Numbered from the stretch's first letter, positions 14,114-27,838 are shown. The stretch: 64,000 nt of DNA from Convolutriloba macropyga (GCF_964194025.1 NC_134471.1:31558001-31622000); one strand, 5' to 3'. Program-made: numbers and translations. Notes: a model not told the origin generated them from the letters alone.

Positions 14114-14240
14114 GGGTCTTTCCCATTATATCCCCCCATAAAATTATAGCCCCCATCCCACATTATGGTATAATTACCATAATTGAAGGGCTATAGCTTA
14201 TCTGACCACTAAGCTGGGTGGGCTATAATGAGACAGATCC
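14114..14240. mobile_element. 127-bp MITE with imperfect TIRs and 8-bp TSD
   Basis: Left end GGGTCTTTCCCATTATATCCCCC vs reverse complement of right end GGATCTGTCTCATTATAGCCCACCC; flanked by ATAATTTT at 14106-14113 and 14241-14248. Confidence 0.75.
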
Positions 14241-14491
14241 ATAATTTTCATAATCAGATGGCCGCAACTGCTGCCCCAGTATAGCAACTTTAATCTGAAA
14301 CTATTTACATAAATCATTGTAAAAATTTTGCACGTGCCTCAGGGGTTCCAAATTTTTTAATCACGAAGCTGGGGGAACACAAACGGAAAAGATCCATGGA
14401 ATTTCATGTGTAATAATCGTTCGTTCTGACACATGTCTTTGAGTTTTCAGTTTTTGTTTCATAGCTTCATGGTAACTTGTATTCAAGGTTA

Positions 14492-17400
14492 ATGGCAACG
14501 CGCTCTCTGACGGAAGTTTTTATCTTAATGCGAAATAATGCAATTCAACACCGACAGTTTTTTGCGAAAACAGTTGATGAGTCTTCAATATCAGATAGAA
14601 CAGCTTTAGTTGCCGACGATGAGCGGACGCTTGGCTCTCGTGCTCCTAATGGAACACCACCTGAGTGGTCTGATACAGTTGAAGATGTACAGTACAACGT
14701 TTCAAAAATACAGCAGCGTTTAAAGGTAAATTCCTTATTTTATGGATAGTATAATTATTGAAGCTCACGGATTTCGTTTATTTTTACGAATTTTGGCAAG
14801 ATCTGCTGTATTTTCAATTGGGTGAATGGGTTAGCAATAGTAAATTTTCTATTTTGAAGCTTTTAGGCCTTTGGTGGAAAACAGTGACAATACCTCCTCG
14901 CATATATTCAAGGTATGTCATTGTTTTTTTTGTTGAAATGAATGTTACCACGCGATTCTTGTCGCCATCGAGAGCAGAGCCGCAGGCGAAGCAGAGTTGT
15001 GGAATAACTTTGAGAGGGCAATAGCAACCGTGTGCTAATCGTTGCATAATTTAAGCCATACAGCAAGTGATTAGACTATCGTTTTCCGCCACCCTTGGCT
15101 GTGCCCTAAAGTCTCGACTACACTACTTGGGCGTAATCCAGAAGTCTCAACTACTACTACTAATGTAAGAAGGAAAAACGCCTTAATTTGAATAAATGTA
15201 GATTATATACAAGCGGTTAAATATTTATCCAAACGGCGCGTATCTATAATTTCAACATAAACATTAAAACGGATTACTGGGCTCTGTCAACTTTTTACTC
15301 GCCAAAAAAAACTTGAATGCTCGAATTCCGGTGAACTCAGACTACTGTCGACAAAATATCTTTTAAACGCTCTTGCAGTTTTATTGTTTTAATGCTTAAT
15401 ATTCGAAGGAATTAGGTGGATTGTTCCATTTCTTAGCTGTTGCATAGAAAAAAAATTGTTGCGATAATTTGTCAACCGATGGTTCTGGAAGATGATTTTC
15501 TGGGTTCGACAATGCATGTGGTAATTTGCGCTGGGAACTTTCAAGTTACCTTTAAATGCTAGATTCTGATTGGCGATGTAATTGTAAAAATACCAAATTG
15601 AGCGTATGTAAAGTCAAAATGAAGCAATTTCTGTAACTTATCACAATGCGAATTGATAAAATGCTATTCGTTAACCGCGGTCACAAAATAAGCATAATTT
15701 TTTTCACTACTGTTCGCGGATAATTTAAAGACTGATTTTGATCATTTACAAAATCTTCATAAGAAGCACGGTGCTAGAACAATAGATCGAAAGATCGAAA
15801 GCAAAAACTGGGACAATAGATCGAAAATTAAATTATTGAAGTTGCGTATTGGCCAATCAGATTTGAGCGCTCATTTATTATACAGCATATAACATGTTCT
15901 GTAGTGATATTTTGTTCGGTTGTATTAGTTTCATATCAAGTCCCCTGGGCCGCTAAGGCATGGCCATAATGTGGTAATCATATTGCAGTTTGCAAACAAT
16001 GCTTAATTTCAACCAATAAAAATGGATATTAATTTTCGAGCTATTGTCCCAATTTTTCTGTTTTCGATCTGTTGTCCTTTCGATCTATTGTCCGGTCACC
16101 AAGAAGCAGATCAATTTATTGCATTAAGCAATTATATTAGTCCTGTTGGTCTTTTTCATGTGATTTTTCGCTTGACCGATTTTTCGTCTGACCCATTTGA
16201 CTTTTCGTCCTCAAAAATGGGATAAACAGGTAGCGTCCAGAGGACATTAAGTTTTCTTAGTACCTTTCAGCTCATGAGTCTTCAAGGTAGAGCCACAAAG
16301 ATCTGACACCCAAGTCATCTCGACCTTTGTTCCAAGTATGTGATTCACAGAAACCGTTCTGGAGACTTATATTTATGGTGTTAAGGGCGGTTCTTAGAGG
16401 TTGACCTGCCCCCCCACAACCACCCCCCCCCCCCAACCTCACATCAGCCCCCCTCACTAAACCGCCGTTTGGAGTTGTTCTGAAAATGACGCTTTCTCTG
16501 GTGAAGTTTCTATTTTAACGAGTTGTGCGCTTTGGTTTATGTACTAGCTTAAGAAGGTATTCAAACATAATAAATTTTGTGTTGCACACGATAGAGCGAC
16601 AAAGATCTGACACCCAAGCCATCTCGACCTTTGTTCCAATCAATTTTATTTAGATTCTACTGTTGCCTCTTTCACAACTAACATACCAAAAGAAACCCCT
16701 TTTTCATTTACAGATGACTCCAACGGACGCCACACTCCAAAGGCCCGGCATTCGTAGTCCTACCACTTCTACAGAATTTACAGCAAATTTCACTTACACA
16801 AATCGCTCTACTCAGAGAAGAATTTCCTCTATATAAAATATTGAAAGAATGGCAAATAGAACGTGAAATTAGTTACCTAAGAAAAGTGTATTGTTTTTAA
16901 TTGCTCTCAAGCAAAGTTTGTAGCAATTATATTAATCCTGCGTATTTTTGCGTGATTGATTTTTGTCTAACGCATTCAACTTTCCATCTTGAAAAACGGG
17001 ATGAACAGGTTAAACGCTGAGGGCATTAAGTTGCTGAGCAGCTCTTTTAGAATTCGGTTAGTCTCTAAGTGGACACTTCGCCGAAGCTGCTAAGAAGACA
17101 GTCATGCTGCAAAGTTGGTTTGGACCCCAATCCAACCCATCCCCCGCTCCAACCCCCCTAAATTGCCCTTTTCTGCTAGCCTCCCTAAGCCCAAGCTGAC
17201 CACTACCAAAGACAGCCGGTCGTCAAAGCTATTCGCTCGACGACGTTAATCGGTTGTTTTCTTAACGAGTTCTCGTTTTCATTGCTCTTTAATAGCCGCC
17301 CTCATCTTCTCAGCCGGCTATTATAGCGCTCCTATTTTGTTTTTTTTTACAATTCAAAGAATTTGAATTGTATTGGGGCGCTGTCTTTTTTACGACTCGA

Positions 17401-20400
17401 AGAGGAGTATTGGAGAAGTCCTTTTTTTAAATCAATTTTATTGGAGTGGTTTTTGAAGCGGGAAATGAAACGCGTGAAAAATTTTGGAGTGATTTTGGTG
17501 CTGAACAAAAGTGAAGAGTGGAGCGGAAAGAGAGTGGTTTTTGTTCATACCGCTGTCTTTGAGAGAGCGAGAAATTGATGTGTGAAAAAATTTTCTCTAA
17601 GCGAGCGAAATTTTTTTGTTCACGTGCGGCATTTTAAAGCAGTTTTTTTCCATTTATTTTGGTTAAGAGGTTTGGTTATGATTTTGTTTTAATTTCAGGC
17701 TGGTTTTGGTAGTGCTTTGAAGGTTTTTGGAAATTCGTGTGAATTTTATGATTATTCGGAGGTTTTTTTATGTATTTGGCTGATTTTCGGGCTAATTTTC
17801 GTTTTTTTGACGATTATTTTGTTTTACTGGCTCAAATGGGTATTGAAGAAACCCTTCTACTTGAGCAAATTTATGATAACAATTGGTTCTAGTTTTATGG
17901 GTAAGAATCTTTTTTTTGTTGAAAAATATGACAAAAAAAAATGGCGAAAATTGGAACTATTTTTCGTAATTTCTTGCCGTTTTTCGTTTTTTCTGTTTTT
18001 AGATAATTTTCTTAGCCTATTATGACGTGCCTATTGTTTTGTGAGCATCTGGATACCCTATTGGCTGATGGTAATTTTTCTTTGGATTTATATGCTTTTG
18101 AAATTTTAAAGAATTTGATAACTTTTTCCAGTTTTTCAGTGAAAGTTGTTTTTAAGAGCTTTCTTTTCATAATTTAGCCTAAAGTATTTTTTTTTCAAAA
18201 TTCACCTCAGTGGAATAAGTAAGTACTAGTTGTTTTCGTGAAGTTATTTTGGCAGAGATAGTTTTTTCGGGATCTCAATTTATAACAAAATTTGATCAGA
18301 TTTTTTATCATATTTTAACAGATTTGATTTTGTTTTTACTTTTTTGTTTCATGACTTTGTTTCAAGATAATCATAAATTAGTGAAGGCACGTTTTGTTTG
18401 ATGAGTAGTTGGATGGCGTTTAAATAAATTTTCACTTCGAGTCATTTCCGGAATTCTTCCGGCTATGTTTTTTAAGATCTGTTCACACATTTTCATGATT
18501 TTTGAAGTCAAATTGGAGTAGTGATTTTGGTCACGCCGAAACAGGAAGTGGAGCGAACAAGCGAGTGGTTTTGCGGGGTGAAAATTTTTTGCTCTAAATT
18601 TAAAGTAGAGTGAGAAAACGGGGTTTGAACAAAAATTCGCTTTCTCGCTAGTGGTTTTTTGTTCACATGCGGCAATTTCACTTTGATTTTTACTGTTTTT
18701 TCGATTTTTTGGATCGGATTTTTTTTCTAAATGGTTTTCCCAATCCATTCATAGACCGTTCTTTGTCTAGTTTTGTGTTTGGTCAGTGAAAATTCATTGA
18801 ATTGTATGCCAGGACTTGTCGTGCTATGTTTTTTTACTTCGTCGAACTTTTTTTCGCTTTACCCATTTTGCCTCTTTTTCGACATTTTGCGTGAAATCTT
18901 TTTGACTTCTCTAGGCTAGTTTCACTCTTCTGTCACTCTACTCAAAGTCCTTTTAAACAGCAGCTGCTTAGCAAAGCAATTCAAAATGAAAAGAGTCAGT
19001 ATTAAAAAATCAAAGTCAGAAATAGAAACAGGATAAACCCATAAAGCCCATTTTTAGATGCCCGGTACTTGAACTTTGTTCTCATAAGTTTTAGTTACTA
19101 TCTATAAAGCTTATTTGTATTAATACTAGACCCTGTCGCCTCTCTCTGAGAGACAGGAGTATGTTCAATTACGAAATGACATTAAAATATATTGCACTTA
19201 AAAATGTTTATATACAAAAATCAATTTTTGTTGATATTTTCTTTTCTTTCAATCCCAATAGAGTTATGGGAATCAACGGCGGCTATTTTCCGGCAATCTG
19301 CTGGGTATGTTTAAAAATCTGAAGAATGTGATGGCAGAGCTATTTGACGCTTTACAACATTGCTTAATATGTTCGACAAAAACTTTATGGGTTAATCGTT
19401 TTTCTTCTGACTGTTGTAAAATATTGTTTTCGCACTTGACTTGTGTATGTTAGTTTCTGAAGCTGAGGATGATTCCATATAACTGTCTGGCAAACCATTA
19501 TTTGATTTGTGAAATGTACTTTATTTTCAAATTAATTCTTTCGTTGCTTTAGTTGTTTTATGGGTTCCATTGCACGTTGGCTCACATGCATATATCTTCC
19601 ATTAGGCACGGATTTTGATGCAGCCTACTCCCCATTTTTTGTTTAATTTTTCAAACTTTTAAATCTTTAATCTTTGCAAAGGACATTTTTGGGGCACATT
19701 TTCTACATGCCTTGAGTTTGGTTGTTTTGGGAACCATTTTTATACATGGTTTGTAATTTTTAATGGACTTTTTGTTAATTTAGTTTCTCTAGAAATGCCT
19801 TTCTGATTACATTTCAATAGCTGCTTCATTTCAGAACGTTTTTGATATTTTGTAGATCCATTTATAGAGGAAAGTGATCTTTGTGTGCTTCAAAGGCGCG
19901 TTATAAATCAATTTAGGCAGAACTGCCCTGAAAACTTTTCTTGAGACAAACGGAACTAGGAACAGTGCCACAATCACATGAGCCCTCTTTTTAAAATTAT
20001 TGATTGTTGACAGGAATTGCAGTCCATGCATGACAAACACATCAACAGGCCAAGTTTAGATGACGATTTTTCCTCGGATCATGGGATCGAGGCCTTGACC
20101 CAAGAAATAACCCAAATGTTTCTACATTGTCAAAAGTGCATTCAAACCATCAATAGATGTGCTACCGATGTCAAGTTCAACTTTCAAGATCGCAAGCTGG
20201 CCAAAAACGTGGTGTCATCATTAGCTTCAAGTTTGCAAACACTCTCTACACAATTCAAACAAGCACAATCTGATTATTTGAAGAAGTTAAAGTCAAGAGA
20301 GGAGAGATCAAGGTTCTTCGCCTTTGAGCCGTTGGATAGTAATGCCGATGATAGATACTCTTCATATGACCAAGGTTTTTCTGATGCTCAAATGCAAGCT

Positions 20401-20700
20401 TTGATGGATAACACAGACATGGTTGAAGAAAGAGAACGCGAGATCTCTAACATAGTGCAATCTATTACAGAACTGAACAGTATTTTCAGGGATTTGGCTC
20501 AAATGATAGTTGACCAAGGAACGGTGCTTGACAGAATTGATTATAACGTTGAGCATGCTTCATTTCGTACTGAACAGGGATTGAAACAACTCCAGAAAGC
20601 GGAGACTTATCAAAAGAAAAATAGGAAAATGATGTGCATTATTGTTTTGGGTATTATAGCTTCAGTTATGTTTGTACTTCTAATGGCAACTAAATTTTAA
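14492..20700 (+). CDS. STX16: Syntaxin-16 (Qa-SNARE), 2 coding exons: 14492-14725 and 20014-20700; 306 aa
   Basis: N-peptide MATRSLTEVFILMRNNA, PPEW, phase-0 junction K|ELQSMHDKHINRP, SNARE motif EREREISNIVQSITELNSIFRDLAQMIVDQGTVLDRIDYNVE, C-terminal TM. GT at 14726, AG ending 20013, AATAAA at 20940. Confidence 0.96.
15770..16100. mobile_element. 331-bp MITE with ~60-bp TIRs made of ACAATAGATCGAAA subrepeats, 8-9-bp TSD (Mutator-like)
   Basis: GGTGCTAGAACAATAGATCGAAAG...GGGACAATAGATCGAAAATTAA mirrors TTAATTTTCGAGCTATTGTCCC...TTTCGATCTATTGTCCGGTCACC; flanks AAGAAGCA(C) 15761-15769 and AAGAAGCA(G) 16101-16109. Confidence 0.85.
16898..17256 (+). mobile_element. Family C Helentron/DINE-1-like non-autonomous element (other copies ~16125-16530, 21051-21390, 45960-46200, 55585-56015, 56024-56283)
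   Basis: 5' TAATTGCTCTCAA..TAGCAATTA hairpin, shared body (GGGATAAACAGGTAGCG-like, C-rich tract), 3' hairpin CGACGTTAATCGGTTG. Confidence 0.65.
17290..19309 (+). mobile_element. Nested Helentron-like stack A[D[B]]: A 17290-19309, D 17348-18828, B 17392-18467
   Basis: 5' ends in order TAATAGCCGC / ACAATTCAAAGAATT / CGACTCGAAG. 3' ends in reverse order CTTCGAGTC+CCGGAATTCTTCCGG+CTATG, AATTCATTGAATTGT+CAGGACTTGTCGTG+CTATG, GCGGCTATT+CCGGCAATCTGCTGG+GTATG. Confidence 0.85.
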
Positions 20701-21399
20701 ATATTTTGAATTCCTATTTGTGGACATATCTATTTAAGGATGTATAAATTAAAGCTTAATTTGCATTTGTCGTTGTATATAATTGGCTTTGATAATTGAC
20801 TCTATGTTCAAATAAGGTTTAATCTGAACAGAAAGAAGTTTTTGGTACAGAAGTTGCTAAGCTTCGTATAGTACAAATATGTTTTAAGAACGTGAGTGAT
20901 GTTGTAATGCTTATAGGACGTTGTGAGAACACGTGGATGAATAAAGGAAAATTTATGACCTATTGCTTCGAAAATTTGTCGCTGAATAAATTCCGTTCTT
21001 TTTGCTCTGAGTGATCTGGCAAATATTTAGGTGAATAACTGTATGGTTATAAATTGGTTTCAAAAAAAGTTTTTAGCAATTGTATTGGTCCTCATTTTCT
21101 TTTTCGTACTACTGATTTGTCTGATAGTTTTTTTTTCGTCTGGACTTTTGATCTGGCATTAAGCCGCTGAGCAAATCTCTTAGAGCCTTACTAGTCTAAG
21201 TATGCGATTTGCCTAAATTCATGGTTTGAAGGGTTGTTTTTCAGAGTTTGACACCCTCCTTCACCCTCCCGCTCTACCCTCCTTCAATTAAGTTTAATCA
21301 AGACTCCCTAAGCCGCAGCCTGATATTGACGAAGCGAATCGCTCGCAAGTCGTTTGAGATTAATAAGCTCGACATTAGTCGATTAATTACTATCGAATG

Positions 21400-23572
21400 A
21401 GAAGCAATTATTGTAAACGTGTGCCTTTGCGACGACTCGAAGAGGAGTATTGGTATTCTGACGGTTTTTTACGACCCGAAAAAGAGTAATGGTATTCTAC
21501 AGGTTTTTTAGCCGGAGCAAGTTTGTTCATGACTTGAATTTTGACTTCTTTCGTTTCAAGCATTTACCTGTTTTTGATTTTTGACTTCTGATTTTGAACC
21601 TTGGGCTTCAAGAGTAGCTCAATTGGTAATGTATAGTAATTAGGAACTGCCGATCATATTCAAGGTAACAGGCCATTTTCAGGTTTTTTGATCCTATATA
21701 TGTCACCCCGACGTATCTAAACTACAGACCCCACACCTCCTCATATACCTACCTCCCCCACATAACTACCTCTCCCCCACCTACGTACCTGCCCCCCCCC
21801 CTGCTCCACTATCCCATCTACCCCCAACCCCAACTACCTACACCACACCTACCCCCTCCACCGAATATAATGCACGACGCTTCGAGTTGTTTTTGGTCTT
21901 CTACCGGCTTTGAATTTTTAGCTGACGCAAGTTTGCTCATGACTTGTACGTCTGACTTGTTTTCGAACATTGACTTCTGCTTTAGAACTTTGACTACTGT
22001 TATCGAATAATGAACTTTAACTGTACCTTAGTTACTAATGCAGTGATTAGATACTGCTGGTTATGTTCAGGGTCGACAGGTCATTTTGAGAAATTTTCTT
22101 CCCATAAGTTTTCTGTCCCATTTACTGAACCCGACCCCTAACTACACCCCGGAACAAACTTACCCCTCCCATCTACCTATCCTCCTCCCCCACAAACTTA
22201 CTCCGGCCCCCACCTACTTTTGCACCAACTACCTACCCCCTGTTCCACCCGCACCTACCCTCCCCGTATTTACCTGCCCCCTCCTAACAAAGCTACCATC
22301 ATCTTATCTACCTCCATAATTCCCCATCACCACCAACCCACAGCCTCAAACGAAAAATTGTGCGCTTTTTTCAAAACACTATCGGTTTATTACGCATTTT
22401 TTTGTTTCCGATTTCGGTAGTAAAACTGCTTTCTTTTTGATATTTCTTATTTAGAGAATATTCGAGTATTCTACCGGTTATGTTTTTTTAGCTGGCGCAA
22501 GTTCGTTCATGACTTGAACTTTTGATTTTTTTTGTGTTTTCGAACGTTGAATTCTGTATTAGAACGATTACTTTTGTTTTCGAACGTTTGACTCCAACAA
22601 AAGATCAGCTACTAATACACAAAATGGGAACTGCTTGTAGTAGTCTCTTCTCCCTATTCAAACTACTGTAACCACCCACCTACCCAGACCCCTAAACTAA
22701 AAGCTGTCTTCATTTTTTATAACCATGTCTAGTTTCATTAGGCTATTAATTTCTTCGTTATTTCTTTCTTTCGTTTTTTCTTACTTTAGATAAGGTTAGT
22801 TGATTAATTATATTGCACGACTCTTCGAGTCGCTTCCGGTATTCTACCTTCTATGTTTTTTAGCTGACGCAAGTTTGTTCATGACTTGAGCCTTTGGCTT
22901 TTGTTTTAGAACATTGACTTTTGTTTTCGAACATTGGACTTCAAGAGTAGCTGGCTACTAATACATAGAGATTAGGAACAGCTGGCAATACTCAGGTAAA
23001 AGGTCTTCATGAGAAGTTTTCATCTCTTAACATTTTCTCCCTATTCAAATTACAGACACCGCGAACTTTATATTTTTTGAAACCATGGCTATAGTTCATA
23101 CAGGCTATTAATTTTCTCGTTAATTCCTTTCTTTGATAATTCATATTTTGTATGGTTGTGCAAGTTATTTTCGGTCTTCGAGTTGTTTCTGGTATTCTGC
23201 CGGCTATGTTTTTATGTAGTTTTTTGGCTTGACCGTTTTTGCCCTTTTATTCTAGAGTTATCTTTGACTTCTCAAGTGACCTTTTCACGCACTTTTTCTT
23301 ATTTTTGAGTGTCTCAACTGCTCATCTTCCGAAATAAAGTTTGTTTTTCAAACAAAACGGGTTGTGTGAGGGAAGATTTCAAGGCCCCGTTAGACGAGTG
23401 GGTAACACCTCAGTTGGGTTGATGGAATCGGACTCTGGGGGTCGGAGTTCAAACCCTACCTTCGGGTGATATTTTTGCAGCCCTAGAGAAAAATTAATCT
23501 AGGCCACAGCCCCTGAATTATATTGCACCGCCTGTCATTGGAGAGCTGTTTTTGAGATGTTGATCAGTTTAT
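21400..23572 (+). mobile_element. Family C element containing an array of four family B bodies (21431-23208) and a tRNA-like segment
   Basis: C 5' arm GCAATTATTGTAAACGTG, two B 5' ends (21431, 21470), four B 3' ends (~21880, 22460, 22823, 23177); the C body then resumes, homologous to 29880-30217. Confidence 0.7.
23383..23468 (+). pseudogene. tRNA-derived segment (A/B box) inside a family C element
   Basis: A box TAGACGAGTGG 23391-23401, B box AGTTCAAACC 23446-23455; no intact cloverleaf. Confidence 0.55.
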
Positions 23573-24399
23573 TTCTGAAGTGTTACCGAAGAAAATGAAT
23601 ACCCCATTTTTATCATGTATCCCCCTTTTGTGAAATGAACTGTTAGTTTATCCTACATGGTTTTTTAGTTTATTCTACGTGGTTTTTTAATGTCCATTTC
23701 GGTTTTTAGTAGCATCATCTCCGAGCTCAATGCTATCAGATATACTCCAAAACAATTTTGAAAGTTTTAAGTTTTTTTTATTTTTGAGTAAATGTTCAAT
23801 TCCATCTCATTTTTGCTTGAATAGTGCGCGTGTTCGCACATTTTTGAAGCGAGTTGTGAAACTCATTTCAGTTATTTGTTGATTGAGGCACCGAGATGGT
23901 GCTCAGTTTAAACCCTTAACTTAATTCTTTAGGATTATTGAGAGCTACAACATTAGAACAATCTCTTGTCATTTGTAAACATTCTGATTGCATATACTTT
24001 CCTCTGAATCAATTTTATGCTATTTTTCTGCTCATAAAAGCTAATGCTGACAGCACTTTAATCACATGGGAAAACTTTTTGAAACAATTTTTGCGTTATC
24101 AGATAATATTTTAACATGAAAAAATTTTATTGGCTTAATTTCTTTTTTTTTGTGATTTATTTTTAGCGTGAACCAAAATTCCTTTAATTTTTGAAAGTTT
24201 TGCTTCTTTTAATTTTGATGTCTGGTATTTTCAGACATTTTGTCCTAAACCTTTTCAGAAATGATTTTCTATGTTACTTGCGAATGTTTGCTTTCTTTAC
24301 AACTTAACGTAGGGTGATCTGATGAGCTACTTGATTACTCAGATGTTTTATTGCTGAGCTACTATTGGCCTTCACTTGTTTTTTTTCTACTCGGAGTGG

Positions 24400-25095
24400 T
24401 GTAATGGTAATCTGGGATTTGTCAAATCGATGAAATGAAACAGGATTTAAGTCAATGCTGAACGTGAAAACAATTGTATAGGTCAACTCGCTGAAGGAAA
24501 ATCAAAAGCTAAGAGTCGCTTTTGGTCATTCATTGTTCTGATAGTATGCTAAAATAGATTTGCAAAATTATTGGCGTTGGGAGTGAAATTTTGTGATCAG
24601 GCACGTCTTTTTAGAAGTAGGTTTTAAATTTTTAGTTTTGACTTGCGATCAAAGTGGTTCTTCTCAATTATATTACTCAGTGGGTCTACTTTTGAAGCTT
24701 TTTGATCACCTAAAGGTTTTGTTAGCTATTTTGAGCAATAGGAGTTGTTGGCTATTTTGTAATGGTAATCTGGGATTTGTCAAATCGATGAAATGAAACA
24801 GGATTTAAGTCAATGCTGAACGTGAAAACAATTGTATAGGTCAACTCGCTGAAGGAAAATCAAAAGCTAAGAGTCGCTTTTGGTCATTCATTGTTCTGAT
24901 AGTATGCTAAAATAGATTTGCAAAATTATTGGCGTTGGGAGTGAAATTTTGTGATCAGGCACGTCTTTTTAGAAGTAGGTTTTAAATTTTTAGTTTTGAC
25001 TTGCGATCAAAGTGGTTCTTCTCAATTATATTACTCAGTGGGTCTACTTTTGAAGCTTTTTGATCACCTAAAGGAGTTGTTAGCTATTTTGAGCA
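24400..25095. repeat. Near-perfect tandem duplication, period 358 bp
   Basis: GTAATGGTAATCTGGGATTT at 24401 and 24759; ORFs 24593 and 24951 are nearly identical. Confidence 0.95.
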
Positions 25096-25156
25096 GTTTT
25101 TATCATGTTGACTTTGCCCCGTTTTATGCAATTTTTGTATCCCTTGACAAGTCTCT

Positions 25157-25637
25157 AATAGCCGCACAGCGATAGTTGGTGCTATTATTGGCCTTCTCTT
25201 GGCTTGTTTTTATTTCGTCAAGATTTTTGTTACAACCATATGACGTCACAAGCACTTCAAATATGCTTTTTGTTCACTCTTTCAAGCAATTTCCACTGAA
25301 GTGTGTGCGTGACGTCATTTTTCACTCTTAGTCGATTTTTTTATTCATTCGCGTGATTAAATTTTTGGTCACACGTGACTTACCTCACTCTCAGAAATGA
25401 TCTCCTCACTTTGAAATTGATTTATTTATTTTGTTTCAAGGAGATAAGGTCAACTGAGTGTATATCACTCTAATTGAAAGTTAGTTAAGAGCAGCTAATA
25501 GAGGCAGAAATAACTATTACAGATTCTTAATCAAAATATAACATCTCAGCGTTCAATGAAAAGATTTCTGTTTTATTTTGAGACTGTTGAATTACGAAGC
25601 TATTGCGGCTGTTTTGTGGCGATATGCCAGCTATGTT
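25157..25637 (+). mobile_element. Family A Helentron-like element, apparently un-nested
   Basis: 5' AATAGCCGC..GTGCTATTA; body GTGCGTGACGTCATTT shared with 30445 and 39285; degenerate 3' GCGGCTGTTTTGTGGCGATATGCCAGCTATG. Confidence 0.65.
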
Positions 25638-27838
25638 CATAGAATACGGGATAAGTCAGTCTTTCTAGAAGTTTTGGTGACATTTTTTAGTTTGATAACT
25701 TTTAATTTTTTGAGTTTTCTTTGTTAAAGAAGTTCAATTCATTTTTTTTGTCAATTTAACGTCTACTTTTGGTTCAATTTAACGTCTACTCATGCAATAG
25801 TTTTTTGCCTTCAATTGTTAGTTTATGCTTTTCTTTGGGTGTTTTTTGGGTTTTCTGAAGACATTTGTGACTACCGCGAAGGTTTGATAGAGCAGTATTG
25901 AGTAAGTAAACTGATCTCAATTGTTTAATTTTGTTAAATTGCTAGCCGAATGTGTATTGGTTTATTGAACGGAACCAGTAACGACGGGTGTCTTCATAAA
26001 AGTTGCTCTGACGTTGGGACCGTATATTTTGTAAAGATTTTTGAAAAGAAAATTAGTTGGTTTCAAATTTTTTTGCTCGTCATTAGCTCGTTCTTTCCTC
26101 GGCTTTCACGGTAACATTTTTTGTTTTTTTTTCCTGTCATTTGGCGGTCATTTGTTGTTTGAATTATAACTAAAATGAACGACCTGCTGTGCATAATTGT
26201 TTTCTTGCATAATTGTTCGTTTTTTGTGGGAAATTTAACTTTATCGCACGATCTGTTGTGCAAAATTTTTCTGGAGTGCAGCATTGTTTGATAATTATTC
26301 TGGAGACGAAAACGGTATCAGATATGGCTTTCATCGCCTTACCCTGGCGTCTTTGCGTTTTGTGTCAACGACCAATGCCGTCAATCTCACTTCAAACCAG
26401 CTTTTGTCAATAATTCGTGCAATTTAAAACATTTCTTGCGTGAATTCATTTTCACAATGGTTGGTGCGAAATAGTTATTCAATCTCGTGGATAACTTTAT
26501 GGTCACACGTCGCTTCACTTTCAAATTGATTTTTCCTCTCTCGAATTGACTTTTGCATACTTCACCAGGGTTATTCCTATAGGAATACTGTAAATCAAGG
26601 TTATTTAAGGGCAGCTTTTTGATACATAAGTCCTAGGTCAGTTAGAAGAAAAATAATTTCCCATGGTTTTTAGCTCATTCTTTTCATTTTTTGCTCTAGA
26701 TTTTGGATCTATTTTCCGACGATCGGCTTGCTGTGTTTTCCTTTTTTCGAGTCAAAATTTTTCTAGGACGTCATTCTTAAGTCGTGTGAGCTTTATATTT
26801 TTGATAGATGATCAATGTTTATGCAATCAATGTTACTAACTGGGTTTGAGAAGATTCGAACCTTGATGGGTTTGAGAAGATTCGAACTCATCGTTTTTTT
26901 TTTTCAAATTATTCAGTGATTTCGTCTTGTTAAATTTGGTTGGTTTTAGAATCAGGCGTAAGCGAGAAACGTTTAGATCTCATTGAAGTATACGTCAGTG
27001 TATTTTTCTGGAGAGCCTAGAGTGATTCAAGCGCTTGCGATCTAGGCTGGTTTCACATTCCCGAAGTTACTTGAAATCAAGTACCAAGTGTCTGATACAA
27101 GCATTTGGATAAGTCTCATTTTAAGTTTATTTCTGTTCATTGGAACTAATTAATTCTTTAATTGCTTAGTTGAAGCACACGTGAAAGTTTTAAAATGCCA
27201 GAGATTCTTGTATGTCAGATTTTCCTATATATAGTGCAAGAATACAAACTTGCCAATTAGTTTTTCAAGCAATGTTACGTTACTCTTTAAGTCGCTGCGA
27301 ACGTCAGGCTTGCTTATTGAACCACTGCGCTCTTTTCGATTAATTCCCGACTTTGGCTATGACTTCATCAGTCATGTAAACTATATATTTGTTTTTCCTG
27401 TACCAATCGAAAGGTATCCAACTGCTTGTTGTGGTAACTGAAACCTGACCGGAGTTTTTGCGCTACCAAAGAACCTTAATTACTTGAACAGATTGCGTCT
27501 ATGAACCGATACGACTCCGAAAATACTTCTTTGAATTGCATGTAAACTGCCAGATTTTTCACAAAAATGCTCAAAATTAGAAAATTTTAAAGCTTAAATT
27601 TAATTATTTGACTTTTTTGCATTTATTCCGCTCAAAAAACTATAAAGTCAAGTTAGCTGATCCAATCTTTCTGTCAATGTGGCTGTCATTTTTAGCGAAA
27701 GTTTTGACCGGGTTTCTTGTCACGGTGAAATTATTACTCGTTAAATTACTGCCGAATCTATTATTAAAAATGTTCACTCAAAATTTGTACTCAATCATTC
27801 AGTTTTCAGATCCTGTGTGTTGTGAAGTGTCTGGCAAA

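Noticed and set aside
14930-15162. Possible short retroposon ending in (ACT)n
   Set aside because: Only four repeat units, no TSD and no convincing homology visible.
18371-18748. Family of similar - strand ORFs (18371, 29479, 44095, 44541)
   Set aside because: Antisense reading of the family D body; starts, stops and frames are not conserved between copies.
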